NCBI GenBank assembly: GCA_002269645.1
Contig: NIVC01001962.1
Location: 1-64,000, forward strand
DNA: 64,000 nt
Origin: Macrostomum lignano
Lineage: Eukaryota
Direction: 5' to 3'
In this document: piece by piece, positions 23,644 to 35,870 of the stretch
Numbering within the stretch: position 1 is the first letter of the stretch
Layout of the letters: each line of letters opens with the position of its first letter
Translations under genes and position numbers: made by a program
Notes under the pieces: model-generated
The model's database searches: none
Seen by the model: only the letters and a program-made list of their open reading frames with translations
Told to the model about the DNA's origin: nothing

Positions 23644-26340
23644 ACTAACTCTTGGCGCTAAATGAACTAACTCTTGGCGCTAAATGCAACTAACTCTTGG
23701 CGCTAAATGCTACTAACTCTTGGCGCTAAATGCAACTAATTCTTGGCGCTAAATGCTACTAACTCTTGGCGCTAAATGCAACTAACTCTTGGCGCTAAAT
23801 GCTACTAACTCTTGGCGCTAAATGCAACTAATTCTTGGCGCTAAATGCTACTAACTCTTGGCGCTAAATGCAACTAACTCTTGGCGCTAAATGCAACTAA
23901 TTCTTGGCGCTAAATGCTACTAACTCTTGGCGCTAAATGCAACTAATTCTTGGCGCTACATGCTACTAACTCTTGGCGCTAAATGCAACTAATTCTTGGC
24001 GCTAAATGCTACTAATATTTGGAGCTAAATGCAACTAATTCTTGGCGCTAAATGCTACTAATATTTGGAGCTAAATACTACCGATTCTTGGCGCTAAATG
24101 CTACTAATATTTGGCGCTAAATGCTACTAATATTTGGAGCTAAATGCAACTAATTCTTGGCGCTAAATGCTACTAATATTTGGAGCTAAATACTACCGAT
24201 TCTTGGCGCTAAATGCTACTAATATTTGGCGCTAAATGCTACTAATATTTGGAGCTAAATGCAAATAATTCTTGGCGCTAAATGCTACTAATATTTGGAG
24301 CTAAATGCTACCGATTCTTGGCGCTAAATGCTACTAATATTTGGAGCTAAATGTTACCGATTCTTGGCGCTAAATGCTACTAATATTTGGAGCTAAATAC
24401 TACCGATTCTTGGCGCTAAATGCTACTAATATTTGGCGCTAAATGCTACTAATATTTGGAGCTAAATGCAACTAATTCTTGGCGCTAAATGCTACTAATA
24501 TTTGGAGCTAAATGCTACTAATATTTGGAGCTAAATGCTACTAACTCTTGGCGCTAAATGCAACTAACTCTTGGCGCTAAATGCAACTAATTCTTGGCGC
24601 TAAATGCTACTAACTCTTGGCGCTAAATGCAACTAATTCTTGGCGCTACATGCTACTAACTCTTGGCGCTAAATGCAACTAATTCTTGGCGCTAAATGCT
24701 ACTAATATTTGGAGCTAAATGCAACTAATTCTTGGCACTAAATGCTACTAATATTTGGAGCTAAATACTACCGATTCTTGGCGCTAAATGCAACTAATTC
24801 TTGGCGCTACATGCTACTAACTCTTGGCGCTAAATGCAACTAATTCTTGGCGCTAAATGCTACTAATATTTGGAGCTAAATGCAACTAATTCTTGGCGCT
24901 AAATGCTACTAATATTTGGAGCTAAATACTACCGATTCTTGGCGCTAAATGCTACTAATATTTGGCGCTAAATGCTACTAACATTTGGAGCTAAATGCAA
25001 CTAATTCTTGGCGCTAAATGCTACTAATATTTGGAGCTAAATGCTACCGATTCTTGGCGCTAAATGCTACTAATATTTGGCGCTAAATGCTACTAATATT
25101 TGGAGCTAAATGCAATTAATTCTTGGCGCTAAATGCTACTAATATTTGGAGCTAAATACTACCGATTCTTGGCGCTGGATGCTACTAATATTTGGCGCTA
25201 AATGCTACTAACTCTTGGCGCTAAATGCAACTAATTCTTGGCGCTAAATGCTACTAATATTTGGAGCTAAATGCAACTAACTCTTGGCGCTAAATGCAAC
25301 TAATTCTTGGCGCTAAATGCTACTAACTCTTGGCGCTAAATGCAACTAACTCTTGGCGCTAAATGCAACTAATTCTTGGCGCTAAATGCTACTAACTCTT
25401 GGCGCTAAATGCAACTAATTCTTCGCGCTAAATGCTACTAATATTTGAAGCTAAATGCAACTAATTCTTGGCGCTAAATGCTACTAATATTTGAAGCTAA
25501 ATGCAACTAATTCTTGGCGCTACATGCAACTAATATTTGAAGCTAAATGCAACTAATTCTTGGCGCTAAATGCTACAAATATTTGAAGCTAAATGCAACT
25601 AATTCTTGGCGCTAAATGCTACTAATATTTGGAGCTAAATACTACCGATTCTTGGCGCTAAATGCTACTAATATTTGGCGCTAAATGCTACTAACTCTTG
25701 GCGCTAAATGCAACTAATTCTTGGCGCTAAATGCTACTAATATTTGGAGCTAAATGCAACTAATATTTGGAGCTAAATGCTACTAACTCTTGGCGCTAAA
25801 TGCAACTAATTCTTGGCGCTAAATGCTACTAACTCTTGGCGCTAAATGCAACTAACTCTTGGCGCTAAATGCAACTAATTCTTGGCGCTAAATGCTACTA
25901 ACTCTTGGCGCTAAATGCAACTAATTCTTGGCGCTAAATGCTACTAATATTTGGAGCTAAATGCAACTAATTCTTGGCGCTACATGCAACTAATATTTGA
26001 AGCTAAATGCAACTAATTCTTGGCGCTAAATGCTACTAATATTTGAAGCTAAATGCAACTAATTCTTGGCGCTACATGCAACTAATATTTGAAGCTAAAT
26101 GCAACTAATTCTTGGCGCTAAATGCTACAAATATTTGAAGCTAAATGCAACTAATTCTTGGCGCTAAATGCTACTAATATTTGGAGCTAAATACTACCGA
26201 TTCTTGGCGCTAAATGCTACTAATATTTGGAGCTAAATGCTACTAATATTTGGAGCTAAATGCAACTAATTCTTGGCGCTAAATGCAAGAAATACTTGAC
26301 GCTGAATTCTACTAGAATTCGGCGCCAAATGCTACTAATA
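23644..26340. repeat. 23-bp satellite (ctaactcttggcgctaaatgcaa and variants), ~115 copies
   Basis: Period is 23, with variant units (atatttggagct, ccgattcttg) recurring in blocks. Confidence 0.97.
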
Positions 26341-26659
26341 TGCTTTTTAGATGATTCTGATAAAAAATAATTGTTTTGGTTTGATCCTCAAGCTAGCTGT
26401 TCTCTTGGGATAACTTGGGAATACCAAATTCAAAAATTGCGCACTTATACAGAAAGACAGGTAAAAGATGAAAATGGCACGATTCTAACAATGTTTGAGT
26501 TCTTTCAAAAACTAATTCGCTTGAATATCTCTTGAGCAAATTCAATTTTAGCGGAAAGAGATCCAAGGTTGTAATTATAATTGTTGCGTTCTTTAAATCC
26601 GCTAAATATTTATTTCTAATCCCAAATTCTCACACTTTCTATTCGTTCTTCTCCTACCT

Positions 26660-27305
26660 TCACTCTACTCCCACTGCCTCCTCTACTCCCGGTGCCCCCT
26701 CTACTCCCACTGCCCCCTCTACTCCCACTGCCCCCTCTACTCCCACTGCCCCCTCTACTCCCACTGCCTCCCTCTACTCCCACTGCCCCCTCTACTCCCA
26801 CTGCCCCCTCTATTCCCACTGCCTCCCTCTACTCCCACTGCCCCCTCTACTCCCAATGCCCCCTCTACTCCCACTACCTCCCTCTACTCCCACTGCCCCC
26901 TCTACTCCCACTGCCCCCTCTACTCCCACTGCCCCCTCTACTCCCACTGCCCCCTCTACTCCCACTGCCCCTCTATTCCCACTGCCTCCCTCTACTCCCA
27001 CTGCCCCCTCTACTCCCAATGCCCCCTCTACTCCCACTACCTCCCTCTACTCCCACTGCCCCCTCTACTCCCACTGCCCCCTCTACTCCCACTGCCCCTC
27101 TACTCCCACTGCCCCCTCTACTCCCACTGCCCCCTCTACTCCCACTGCCTCCCTCTACTTTCACTGCCTCCCTCTACTCCCACTGCCCCCTCTACTCCCA
27201 CTGCCCCCTCTACTCCCACCACCTCCCTCTACTCCCACTACCTCCCTCTACTCCCAATGCCCCTCTACTCCCAATGCCCCTCTACTCCCAATGCCCCCTC
27301 TACCC
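26660..27305. repeat. C-rich 18-bp minisatellite (cccctctactcccactgc)
   Basis: Tandem unit. It explains ORFs 26532..27464 and 26692..27519. Confidence 0.95.
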
Positions 27306-27679
27306 CACAGCCCCATCCCTCTCCTATCCTCTTTCCAACCCCTCGCTCGCACAGGTCTCCAACCTTTCCCAGTTCCGTCTCTCATATCACCTCCTATCTC
27401 ACCTCTCACCTCTCTCATCTCATCTACACGCATTTCGTTCTCCGCCACTCTTCGTCAATGTTGACAGCCGTCAAATAACAGCTCATCGCTTCTTCACATC
27501 GAATGCCCATAACATATGATTACAAATATACTCGTAACATGCCAAATGCGCCTACTTATAGTAAGCAAGTTAAACTGCAACTTCTTTTTGCAAGATAATA
27601 AGGGTGTCAGTGCAATAATTTGGTGCCTTTGAGGCGCATACCAAAGGAAATATAAGCATGTAAAAGGCACAAATTTTAA

Positions 27680-29018
27680 GTCTAACATATCTAACACACG
27701 TATGTTATATCTAACAGGTTGAATTCAATGTCTAACATGTCTAACACACGCCTACTATATCTAGCAGATGGAATTCCATGTCTAACATGTCTAACACACG
27801 CCTGCTATATCTAACAGGTGGAATTCCATGTCTAACATGTCTAACACTCACTTGTTTTATCTAACAGGTGGAACTCCATGTCTAACATGTCTAACACACG
27901 CCTGCTGTATCTAACAGGTGGAATTCCATGTTTAACATGTCTAACACACGCCTGCTATATCTAACAGGTGGAATTCCATATTTAACATGTCTAACACACG
28001 CGTGCTATATCTAGCAGATGGAATTCCATGTTTAACATGTCTAACACACGCGTGCTATATCTAGCAGATGGAATTCCATGTTTAACATGTCTAACACACG
28101 CGTGCTATATCTAGCAGATGGAATTCCATGTTTAACATGTCTAACACACGCGTGCTATATCTAGCAGATGGAATTCCATGTTTAATATGTCTAACACACG
28201 CGTGCTATATCTAGCAGATGGAATTCCATGTTTAACATGTCTAACACACGCGTGCTATATCTAGCAGATGGAATTCCATGTTTAACATGTCTAACACACG
28301 CCTGCTATAGCTCGTATCTAACAGGTGGATTTCCATGTCTAACATGTCTAACACTCACTTGTTTTATCTAACAGATGGAACTCCATGTCTAACATGTCTA
28401 ACACACACCTGCTGTATCTAACAGATATAATTCCATGACTAACATGTCTAACACACGCCTACTATATCTAACAGGTGAAATTCCATGTCTAACATGTCTA
28501 ACACACGCCTGTTATACGATATCTAACAGATGGAATTCCATGTCTAACATGTCTGACACACATCTGTTGTATCTAACAGGTGGAATTCCATGTCTAACAT
28601 GTCTAACACACACACCTGCTGTATCTAACAGGTGGAACTCCATGACTAACATGTCTAACACACGCCTACTATATCTAACAGGTGAAATTCCATGTCTAAC
28701 ATGTCTAACACACGCCTGTTATACGATATCTAACAGATGGAATTCCATGTCTAACATGTCTAACACACCCTTGTTGAATCTAACAGGTTAAACTCCTTGT
28801 CTAACATGTCTAACACACACTTTTTGTATCGAACAGGTGAAACTCCATGTCTAACATGTCTAACACACCCTTGTTGAATCTAACAGGTGAAACTCCATGT
28901 CTAACATGTCTAACACACCCTTGTTGAATCTAACAGGTGAAACTCCATGTCTAACATATCTAACACATGCCTGTTGTATCTAACAGGTGGAACTCCATGT
29001 CTAACATGTCTAACACAC
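27680..29018. repeat. 50-bp minisatellite, ~26 copies
   Basis: Unit tctaacatgtctaacacacgcctgctatatctaacaggtggaattccatg; starts at 27781 and 27831 are 50 apart. Confidence 0.95.
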
Positions 29019-29187
29019 CTGAGCTCCCCATTCAGCGCCATCCGACGCATCTGGAATGCTGAGATATGCACTCGAGTTCTCAAAATTGCACTCAAGTCTC
29101 AAGGCAAGTCGTTTGTTTCATTTTGAATTGTCGGGTAGCGAGCTGCCCCCCCCCCCCCCCCCCCCTAGTTCCTCAATAAATCAGGCA

Positions 29188-29390
29188 TTATACAATAACT
29201 TAGGTGAGGACGCCAGTACTAGTGACCTTAAAAATAGTTTATATAAAAAGGCTCTATCTGTACATCCTCATCTAAGAAAGTCGCTTCATTGTCCGTCCGC
29301 ATCGCGTGAAGCTGAGAAACGCACTCGCACCCGGCTTCGCGCAGTCGCAAAGAAGGTGCCGGACGAACACAAAGCTACGGTTTTATTGCA
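29188..29390 (+). pseudogene. Possible decayed J-domain (DnaJ-like) fragment
   Basis: LYNNLGEDASTSDLKNSLYKKALSVHPH resembles J-domain helices I-II, with HPD changed to HPH. There is no start context and the codons are AT-rich. The match is by eye only. Confidence 0.3.
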
Positions 29391-29702
29391 TCCACTATTA
29401 CCCTTGTAGCAGTTGCAATAACTTGTTCCGCAACCAGAGGCTAAACAGAAAGGAGAGGGGGGTGGGACGAGACGCTCAAGTGACTCACTGCCGGTCATAA
29501 ACCGCTTTGCGGCAACAGTCAAACAGACAAGGTAACAATGCAGATTTCATAACAAAAGCTACATTGACGCAAAGACTTCTAGATAGAGAAGCTCGGAATG
29601 GAAAGAAAAAACTTATCAAAGATGCTTATAGGGTAGGCAATAAAGATTTGTTAATTTACAAATTTTTAAATTACCCAACTGAAAAGAGCGGAAAATACGT
29701 GG

Positions 29703-29855
29703 GCATCAGCGCCCACATCGGCGCCACCAATTAGCGCCCTTATCGGCGCCCCATCAGCGCCCCCATAGGTGCCCCCATCGGCGCCCCCATCGGCGCCACC
29801 AATTAGCGCCCTTATCGGCGCCCCATCGGCGCCCCATCGGTGCCCCCATCGGCGA
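29703..29855. repeat. Degenerate ~12-bp repeat (catcggcgcccc)
   Basis: Tandem variants of catcggcgcc. Confidence 0.8.
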
Positions 29856-30196
29856 TCCCTATTAGTATATCCCTATTATTATCCCAATCAAAAATCCACA
29901 CCTGAATATCAGATTTATTACTGATTCAAATATAAAAAAAACTTTCTTTAAGCAATTTTCAGCTTCCTGAATTGCCGCTAACTCTGGGTAATTATTTTTC
30001 ACTCAGTCGGTTCCGCCAACTCCAGGTTGCATATATTTTTAGTAGTCTCCGACTCGCTCGGCCAATGGCAGATTCGGGCTAGCGACACGCATGCCATCAT
30101 TTTACAATATAAAAAACTTGCGCAGCATCCGGGGAGACTTGAATTAATTCCTGATTTTTGGCCGCCATCAAGGATCTGGGCTGGTTTGGCCCAGCC

Positions 30197-30204
30197 TATA
30201 AATA
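30197..30204 (+). promoter_or_regulatory. Candidate TATA box of the secreted protein gene at 30306
   Basis: TATAAATA ~100 bp upstream of the ATG. AATAAA at 30828-30833 lies downstream of the stop. Confidence 0.6.
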
Positions 30205-30305
30205 CAGGACCATGCGGGCCACGATCTCCTCCGACCTCAGCAGCCAACTCGCAGCTCAAGAACTCCGAACAAGTTTCTCTACCTTGCAGAGCAGACCAAC
30301 TCAAG

Positions 30306-30758
30306 ATGCGCCACATGCTCGGCTACCTGACTTTCGTTGCTCTGTCAACGCTGGCGACATGCGACCTGCGGCTCCGCATCAAGCAGGAGTGCCCGCAGTT
30401 CGCCGAGCTGCTCAGCACAGGTGCAGCATTAGACCTGCGGCCGAACGGAGGAGCCGTCTGGACCAGCGGCACCTGGAAGGAGGCGAGGCAGCCGAGGAGC
30501 GTCCGGCTGATCCACAAGGACGCCTGCAACAGCCGGCGGCGGAGAGTGGCGCACCCGCTGGTTGGCAGTGGCGAATACGAGGAGGTGGCCTGCCCCGGTG
30601 GCTCCAGCCCCGCGACGCAGTACGGATCCTTCCGGTGCAGCTCCAGGCCGAGGCGCCACGTGCTGGCCGCGATTGGCGCTTGCCTTGGCGCCAGGGTGTT
30701 GGCGCCGAGAGCCATGGCCGGAGACTGCAACCTGCGCCTTGCTGAGAATTCTGACTGA
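30306..30758 (+). CDS. Uncharacterised secreted 6-Cys protein, paralogue A (150 aa, intronless)
   Basis: MRHMLGYLTFVALSTLATC is signal-peptide-like. The codons are GC3-rich, TATA and polyA signals are present, and there is clear protein similarity to 35039..35500. Confidence 0.8.
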   Translation: MRHMLGYLTFVALSTLATCDLRLRIKQECPQFAELLSTGAALDLRPNGGAVWTSGTWKEARQPRSVRLIHKDACNSRRRRVAHPLVGSGEYEEVACPGGSSPATQYGSFRCSSRPRRHVLAAIGACLGARVLAPRAMAGDCNLRLAENSD

Positions 30759-30999
30759 AATCTTGCTGTCCGCCCGCGCTTGTGTGAATGTCTGCATGTT
30801 CTTCGAGATTTATTTAAATGCTAAATGATAAAATACATGCTTGCACTTGACCTACACAGTAGATTGTCAGTAGTTGCATTACAATCCAATTTTTTTAAAA
30901 CTGAATTGAGTTCACTTTTTTAACTGCCAGCAAATTGGAGCATCTCAAAGTCTGTAGAAGTGTCTGCTTCAATCAGAAATTTTATTTGATACGAAGTTT

Positions 31000-31232
31000 C
31001 ACTGCCTCACTTCCGAATTTCCTGACTTTTCAATGTGTCACTGCTTACCTCCATCTGACTTTTCAATGTCACTGCTGACTTCCATCTGACTTTTCAATGT
31101 GTCACTGCTGACTTCCATCCGACTTTTCAATGTCACTGCTGACTTCCATCCGACTTTTCAATGTGTCACTGCTGACTTCCATCTGACTTTTCAATGTGTC
31201 ACTGCTGACTTCCATCTGACTTTTCAATGTGC
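31000..31232. repeat. 31/33-bp minisatellite, ~7 copies
   Basis: Unit tcactgctgacttccatctgacttttcaatg(tg). Confidence 0.85.
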
Positions 31233-31563
31233 TACCACCAAGGACAACTCTGGAAGTTTTTATGAGGCAGATTTACCGGTACTCGTACATCGGAGTATGA
31301 AGGTTTAGGGTTAGGTTTTGATTTTGATTTGTTTTGATGGCAGACCCAATGTCCATCTTTTGATGTGACTTGCCTTTTTAAAAGAGCTGTATTAAGTATT
31401 CATAGAGATTTTTCTTGCAGAATTCGGGTTCTATACAAATTTTATATCTTACGGATACGCCCTGTGCCTAAAAAATAAAAAATTTCAATGTGGTTCGTTT
31501 GTTTTTCCATCTTTTTATCAAACTTAGCTGATTGATTTTGTATTCAGATAAATGATACATATT

Positions 31564-32109
31564 GGGCCGTATGCAGAAAGCTTAGTCCAGACCACAGACC
31601 ACAGTTTATAGAATCTGTGGTCCAGACTAGCTAGTCCGGACTTAGGTAGTTCAGTCTATAGTCTATGGTCAAGCTACCCTAGTTCTGTCTCTAGTAGACC
31701 GATCTAACTTTGCGTTTCTGCATACCAAATCCAAGTCCAGACCATGGAGGAAAGAATAGAATGGAGTGCTAATCTGAGCCAGTTATTTTTATCTCGCTCG
31801 ATTTTCGCTTTTAACATCCCTTTCCCCCCGTTCTTTCCTATTGGCTGAAAGCATATTTTAATGCGAGCTCGAACTATGCTGGGACAGACCTTTTAGAGGG
31901 GAACGAAAGCGAAAACGAGACGAAAAATACTTTGTCTATGGCAGTCACGAGCCAATAGGAAAGAACGGGGTGAAAGGGATGTTAAAAGCGAAAATCGAGC
32001 GAGATAAAAAACTTGCTCAGATTAGCACTCCATTCTATTCTTTCCTCCATGGTCCAGACTAGCTTTTCAATACCGGACTACCCTAGACAGAGCTTTCTGC
32101 ATACGGCCC
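31564..32109. mobile_element. MITE with 19-bp TIRs (gggccgtatgcagaaagct) and 3-bp TSD ATT, PIF/Harbinger-like by TSD length and GGG end
   Basis: TIRs are at 31564-31582 and 32091-32109, with att on both flanks (31561-63, 32110-12). The superfamily assignment is inference. Confidence 0.7.
31743..32051. mobile_element. Nested foldback MITE (~103-bp arms) with 8-bp TSD gtccagac, hAT-like
   Basis: Arms 31743-31846 and 31950-32051 are near-perfect reverse complements (catggagg...cctccatg). The TSD is at 31735-42 and 32052-59. Confidence 0.85.
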
Positions 32110-32639
32110 ATTGACTAGACCAGGCTTCTATTCATAAGTATGGCCTATATTAGCCCAATCTTATATCTAAAGCTGAGTGGATCGATCGACCGGCCGGGTT
32201 TAACGCGTATCTCCTCCTAGACGGCTGGCAACTCAAATGCGGGACTTACATATATCAATGCAGAATTTTCCTACGCAACAAATAGGCTATTTTAATGTTG
32301 AAATTTCCAAAATTAAGTCAGTTAAAAAAGCAGAAAACTGTTTTCTTAACCTTCTTTGGCCACTTTGCCTCTCCAGTGGAGGGGTAGTGGCATAATTGTA
32401 AAAACAACCACCCCAACCTCCTCCCGCGGGTCGCTGTGTATTGGAGGGGTGGGTGACGCGTGTTCTGGGTTCAATGCTAATAAAACCCCCGCGTGTTGGG
32501 GGTGAAGTAAAATTTAATGATTCCCCCGGAATAGGGGGGTTGGTTTGGGCTGAGTGTACATAGCAATGTACTGTGTAAACAGATAGATAAGGACTGTGTC
32601 GATATTCAATTGGTTTTATTATCGGCGTCTTTCAAGACT

Positions 32640-34235
32640 GTAGAGAGTAGAGAGAAGAGATTTCAAGGAGAAGAGAGGATAGAAAGATGATGGAAAAGAC
32701 AGTAGATATGAGAGCTGTGAGATTAAAGACGAGTCGACGACAGAGGGGAGAGAAGAGGGGAGTGAGGCAGGAATGATGAAGAGGGAGAGCGAAGAGAAGA
32801 GAATGTAGAGGGAAGAAAGGAGGGGAGAGAGGAAAAATGAGAGAGCAAAGGAGGGAGGAAAGATGGGAGGAGAGAGGGATAAGAGAGTACAGAGGAGAGA
32901 GAAGAGAGAAGAGAGAAGAGAGATGAGACAGGAGACGGTAGAGAGGAGAGGGGAAAGATGAGAGATGAAAAAGGAGAGGGTAAGAGAGAAAATAGGAGTA
33001 TGAGAAATGAGAGCAGAGAGAAGAGACGAGAGAGAAAAGAGAAGAGAGAGAGAGGGCAGGGTAGAGGAGAGGCGATAGATAAGTGAGTAGAGATGAGAGA
33101 TGGGAGAGAAGAAGAGAGATAAGAGAGAATTGAGAGAAGACAGGAGAGAAGACGGGAGAGAGAGAAGCGAGAAGAGAAGAGAGAGAGGACTCAGGAGAGA
33201 GATGAGAAAAGAAATGAGAGAGCAAAGGGAAAAGATGAGAGAATAGAGATAAGAAAAAAGAGATAAGAGCGCAGAGAGGAGAGATGAGAGATGGGAGGTG
33301 ATTGATAAGAAAGTAAGAGTAGAGAGGAGAGAGGAGATGAGAGCAGAGAGAAGAGATTAGATAAAGGAGCAAAGAGGAGAGAGGAGACAGGAGAGAGTCT
33401 CAGTCTGGACCTGGCAGTCAATTTTTGCAAACAGGGAAAACATGCTATGATATTTCAGAGGTTTTATGGAGGATTTTTTTAAATTTTTTGACGTATATCC
33501 AGACAAGTAAAAAGCATATTTTATAGACTTCAGTTTCATAGTCTTGAGTGACTGAAATTTGATAGAGATAATATTTTTTTAAATGATGGATTGTAGCTTG
33601 AAGGAGATGATACACGCTGGATTGCATTTAACGGAGATGATTTTGATGATATCTGTTTCATAGAGAGGATGAAATGGCTAAATGAAAGGGAATAGAGAAA
33701 AGAGAAAGGAAAGAGTGAATAAAATATTAGAGGAAAGAGAACATGAAAAGAGAGAATCAAAAGGGCAGATTAGAGAAAAGAAAAAGAGAATAAAGGCAAG
33801 AGAAGAGATGGGGGAATTGAGAGGAGAGAGGAGAGGGGTAAGAGAGGAGAAAGAGGAGACAGGAGGGAGTAGAGCCAAAAGACGAGAGAGAAGAGATAAA
33901 TGAGTAAAGATGAGGGGAGAGAGAGGAGAGAGAAGCGAGAGGATAAGGGAGAGAGGAGAGGGGAGAAAGTAGAAAGATGAGAGAGCAGAGAGGAGATAAA
34001 GGAAAGGAGAGTGAAGAGATAAAAGAGAAGAGAGGAAACAGTAGAGGAGAAAGTAGTGAGGAGAAAGAAGAGAGTCTAGATATGAGAGTGCAGAAAGGAG
34101 AGATAAGAGAGTAGAGATGAGAGATAAGAGATGAGATGAGAAATGATTGATAAACGAGCAGATGAGAGCAGAGAGGAGATGGGAGAGATTAGAGATGAGA
34201 GAGCAAAGAGGAGAGAGGGACAGACGAGAGTCTCA
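32640..34235. repeat. Long polypurine (AG-rich) low-complexity tract in two blocks
   Basis: The + strand is almost pure A/G. Both blocks end in a shared motif gagagtctca(g/a)tctggac..ggcagtcaattttttgcaaacagg (~33395 and ~34227). Confidence 0.85.
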
Positions 34236-34938
34236 ATCTGGACAATGGCAGGCAGTCAATTTTTGCAAACAGGTAAAACAACATGATTTTTGGGGGGTTA
34301 ATAGAGGATTTGGAGAGGATTTGGACGATGGGATTCGTGTCATTGGATTCAGCTGATGGATTTCAGAAAATGAAATTCTGGCGATGGGAGTTCTTCCCCT
34401 TACTCCGCCAATGGAGGAGTTGGCCTCGTATATAATTAAATCCTTTTAATTCTACTTTAATAAAGGCTCGCTTACTGAATGTGAAGCCTATAAAATTATT
34501 ACTTATATCGTAAGCTATGCAAGATGGGTCTGCTCGCTATCAAAAGCAATAAAAATTTTGGTGCTGAAAAAATGGAAACCATTCTCCGTCATCACTGACT
34601 TCCATCTTCTGATTCATGCCCTTCAACTGAGTTGGGCTTGCCGTCGCCATAAGCTCAGCACAGCAAAACACCGCAGCTCAAGCTGTTCAGATAAATTTAG
34701 AACAGCACTCAGTACGCGCAGTCTGCCCAAGTGTTGAAGTGTTCGCTTCTATTTTTAGCATTCGAATTTTTAGAATATGGACGATAGAACGCCTAGAGAT
34801 TAGGAAGGACTCACAGGAACAATGACACCCGGGCTACTACTACCTGGCAGGTAATTTTTCTACCCGCGGATCATGTGTCAGTGACGCAGATTACGCGTTA
34901 CAGGAAGTGTTACAGTTGCTGCGAACATCAGGTTTGTG

Positions 34939-34945
34939 TATAAAA
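34939..34945 (+). promoter_or_regulatory. Candidate TATA box of the secreted protein gene at 35039
   Basis: TATAAAA 100 bp upstream of the ATG. AATAAA is at 35551-35556, after the stop. Confidence 0.6.
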
Positions 34946-35038
34946 GCAAGCCAGCGGAGGCCAATCCACCGCATGGCTTCACAAGTTGGAAGACACGAAG
35001 ACAACTCAGAAAGAGAAGAATCCAACTGACAAGCAACA

Positions 35039-35500
35039 ATGTCCGCAGGCCTAGCGACATTGCTGATCATCGCGCACTTGCTGGCAGCGGTCAACGCCTC
35101 CGCGGACCTGCGCTCCAGAATCCTGCAGGACTGTCCGCAGTTTGCTGAACTGCTCAGCACGGGTGGCGCGCTGGCGCTTCCAGAGCGAGACGGCGCCGAC
35201 TTCGCGGTGTGGAACAGGAGCGCCTGGCGGAGGCAGAAGACGCTGCTGAGCTGCACCCCGTTACGCAGGGAGGCCTGCGGCAGCCGGCTGTGCCAGACCG
35301 GACATCCGGCTACAGGGATTTTCACAGAGCTGGTCTGCGAGTCCAGCCACGGCCGGCCGAGCGGCCCGAGCTACAAGAACCTCGAGTGCAAGGCCAGGCG
35401 GAGGGGAGCCGTGATGGCCGCAGTTGGCGCTTGCCTTGGCGCCAGGGTGCTGGCGCCGAAACCAATGGCTGACAATTGCAGACTGCACTTTGTGCCGTAG
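35039..35500 (+). CDS. Uncharacterised secreted 6(+2)-Cys protein, paralogue B (153 aa, intronless)
   Basis: MSAGLATLLIIAHLLAAVNASA is signal-peptide-like. It shares CPQFAELLSTG and GACLGARVLAP with 30306..30758. Confidence 0.82.
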   Translation: MSAGLATLLIIAHLLAAVNASADLRSRILQDCPQFAELLSTGGALALPERDGADFAVWNRSAWRRQKTLLSCTPLRREACGSRLCQTGHPATGIFTELVCESSHGRPSGPSYKNLECKARRRGAVMAAVGACLGARVLAPKPMADNCRLHFVP

Positions 35501-35870
35501 ATTTTGCACAGTAGTTGCATGCTATAGTATAAGTAGTAGTTTCTATAGTAAATAAATAAACACTGATTTCTCAATAGCGAATTTTTACATCTGAGGACAA
35601 ACAGCCACGATAATTTCTACAAAATACAGAAACTTGGTAACTAGAGTTGATTTTATTTATTTATGCGCCACTGCAGCGCACAGAATCAGACCAAGGACTG
35701 CTCAAGTAGTAGGAGGAAAACTACATTTCTTAGGCTCTCATTGATATTTATAAAGCTCTTCATTTAGAAAATAGAAATTCTATGTTAACTTTATATCCTA
35801 GGTTTAAATGCCGACTTGCACCGGTATACGAGTATGTACGGTGCCTAATAATCATAAAAATGGTACAAAT

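Noticed and set aside
19159-27519. Long repetitive ORFs (19159..19920, 19172..19888, 22206..23333, 26532..27464 and others)
   Set aside because: They are stop-free minisatellite units open in several frames at once, lying in an intron or intergenic DNA, with no unique coding flanks.
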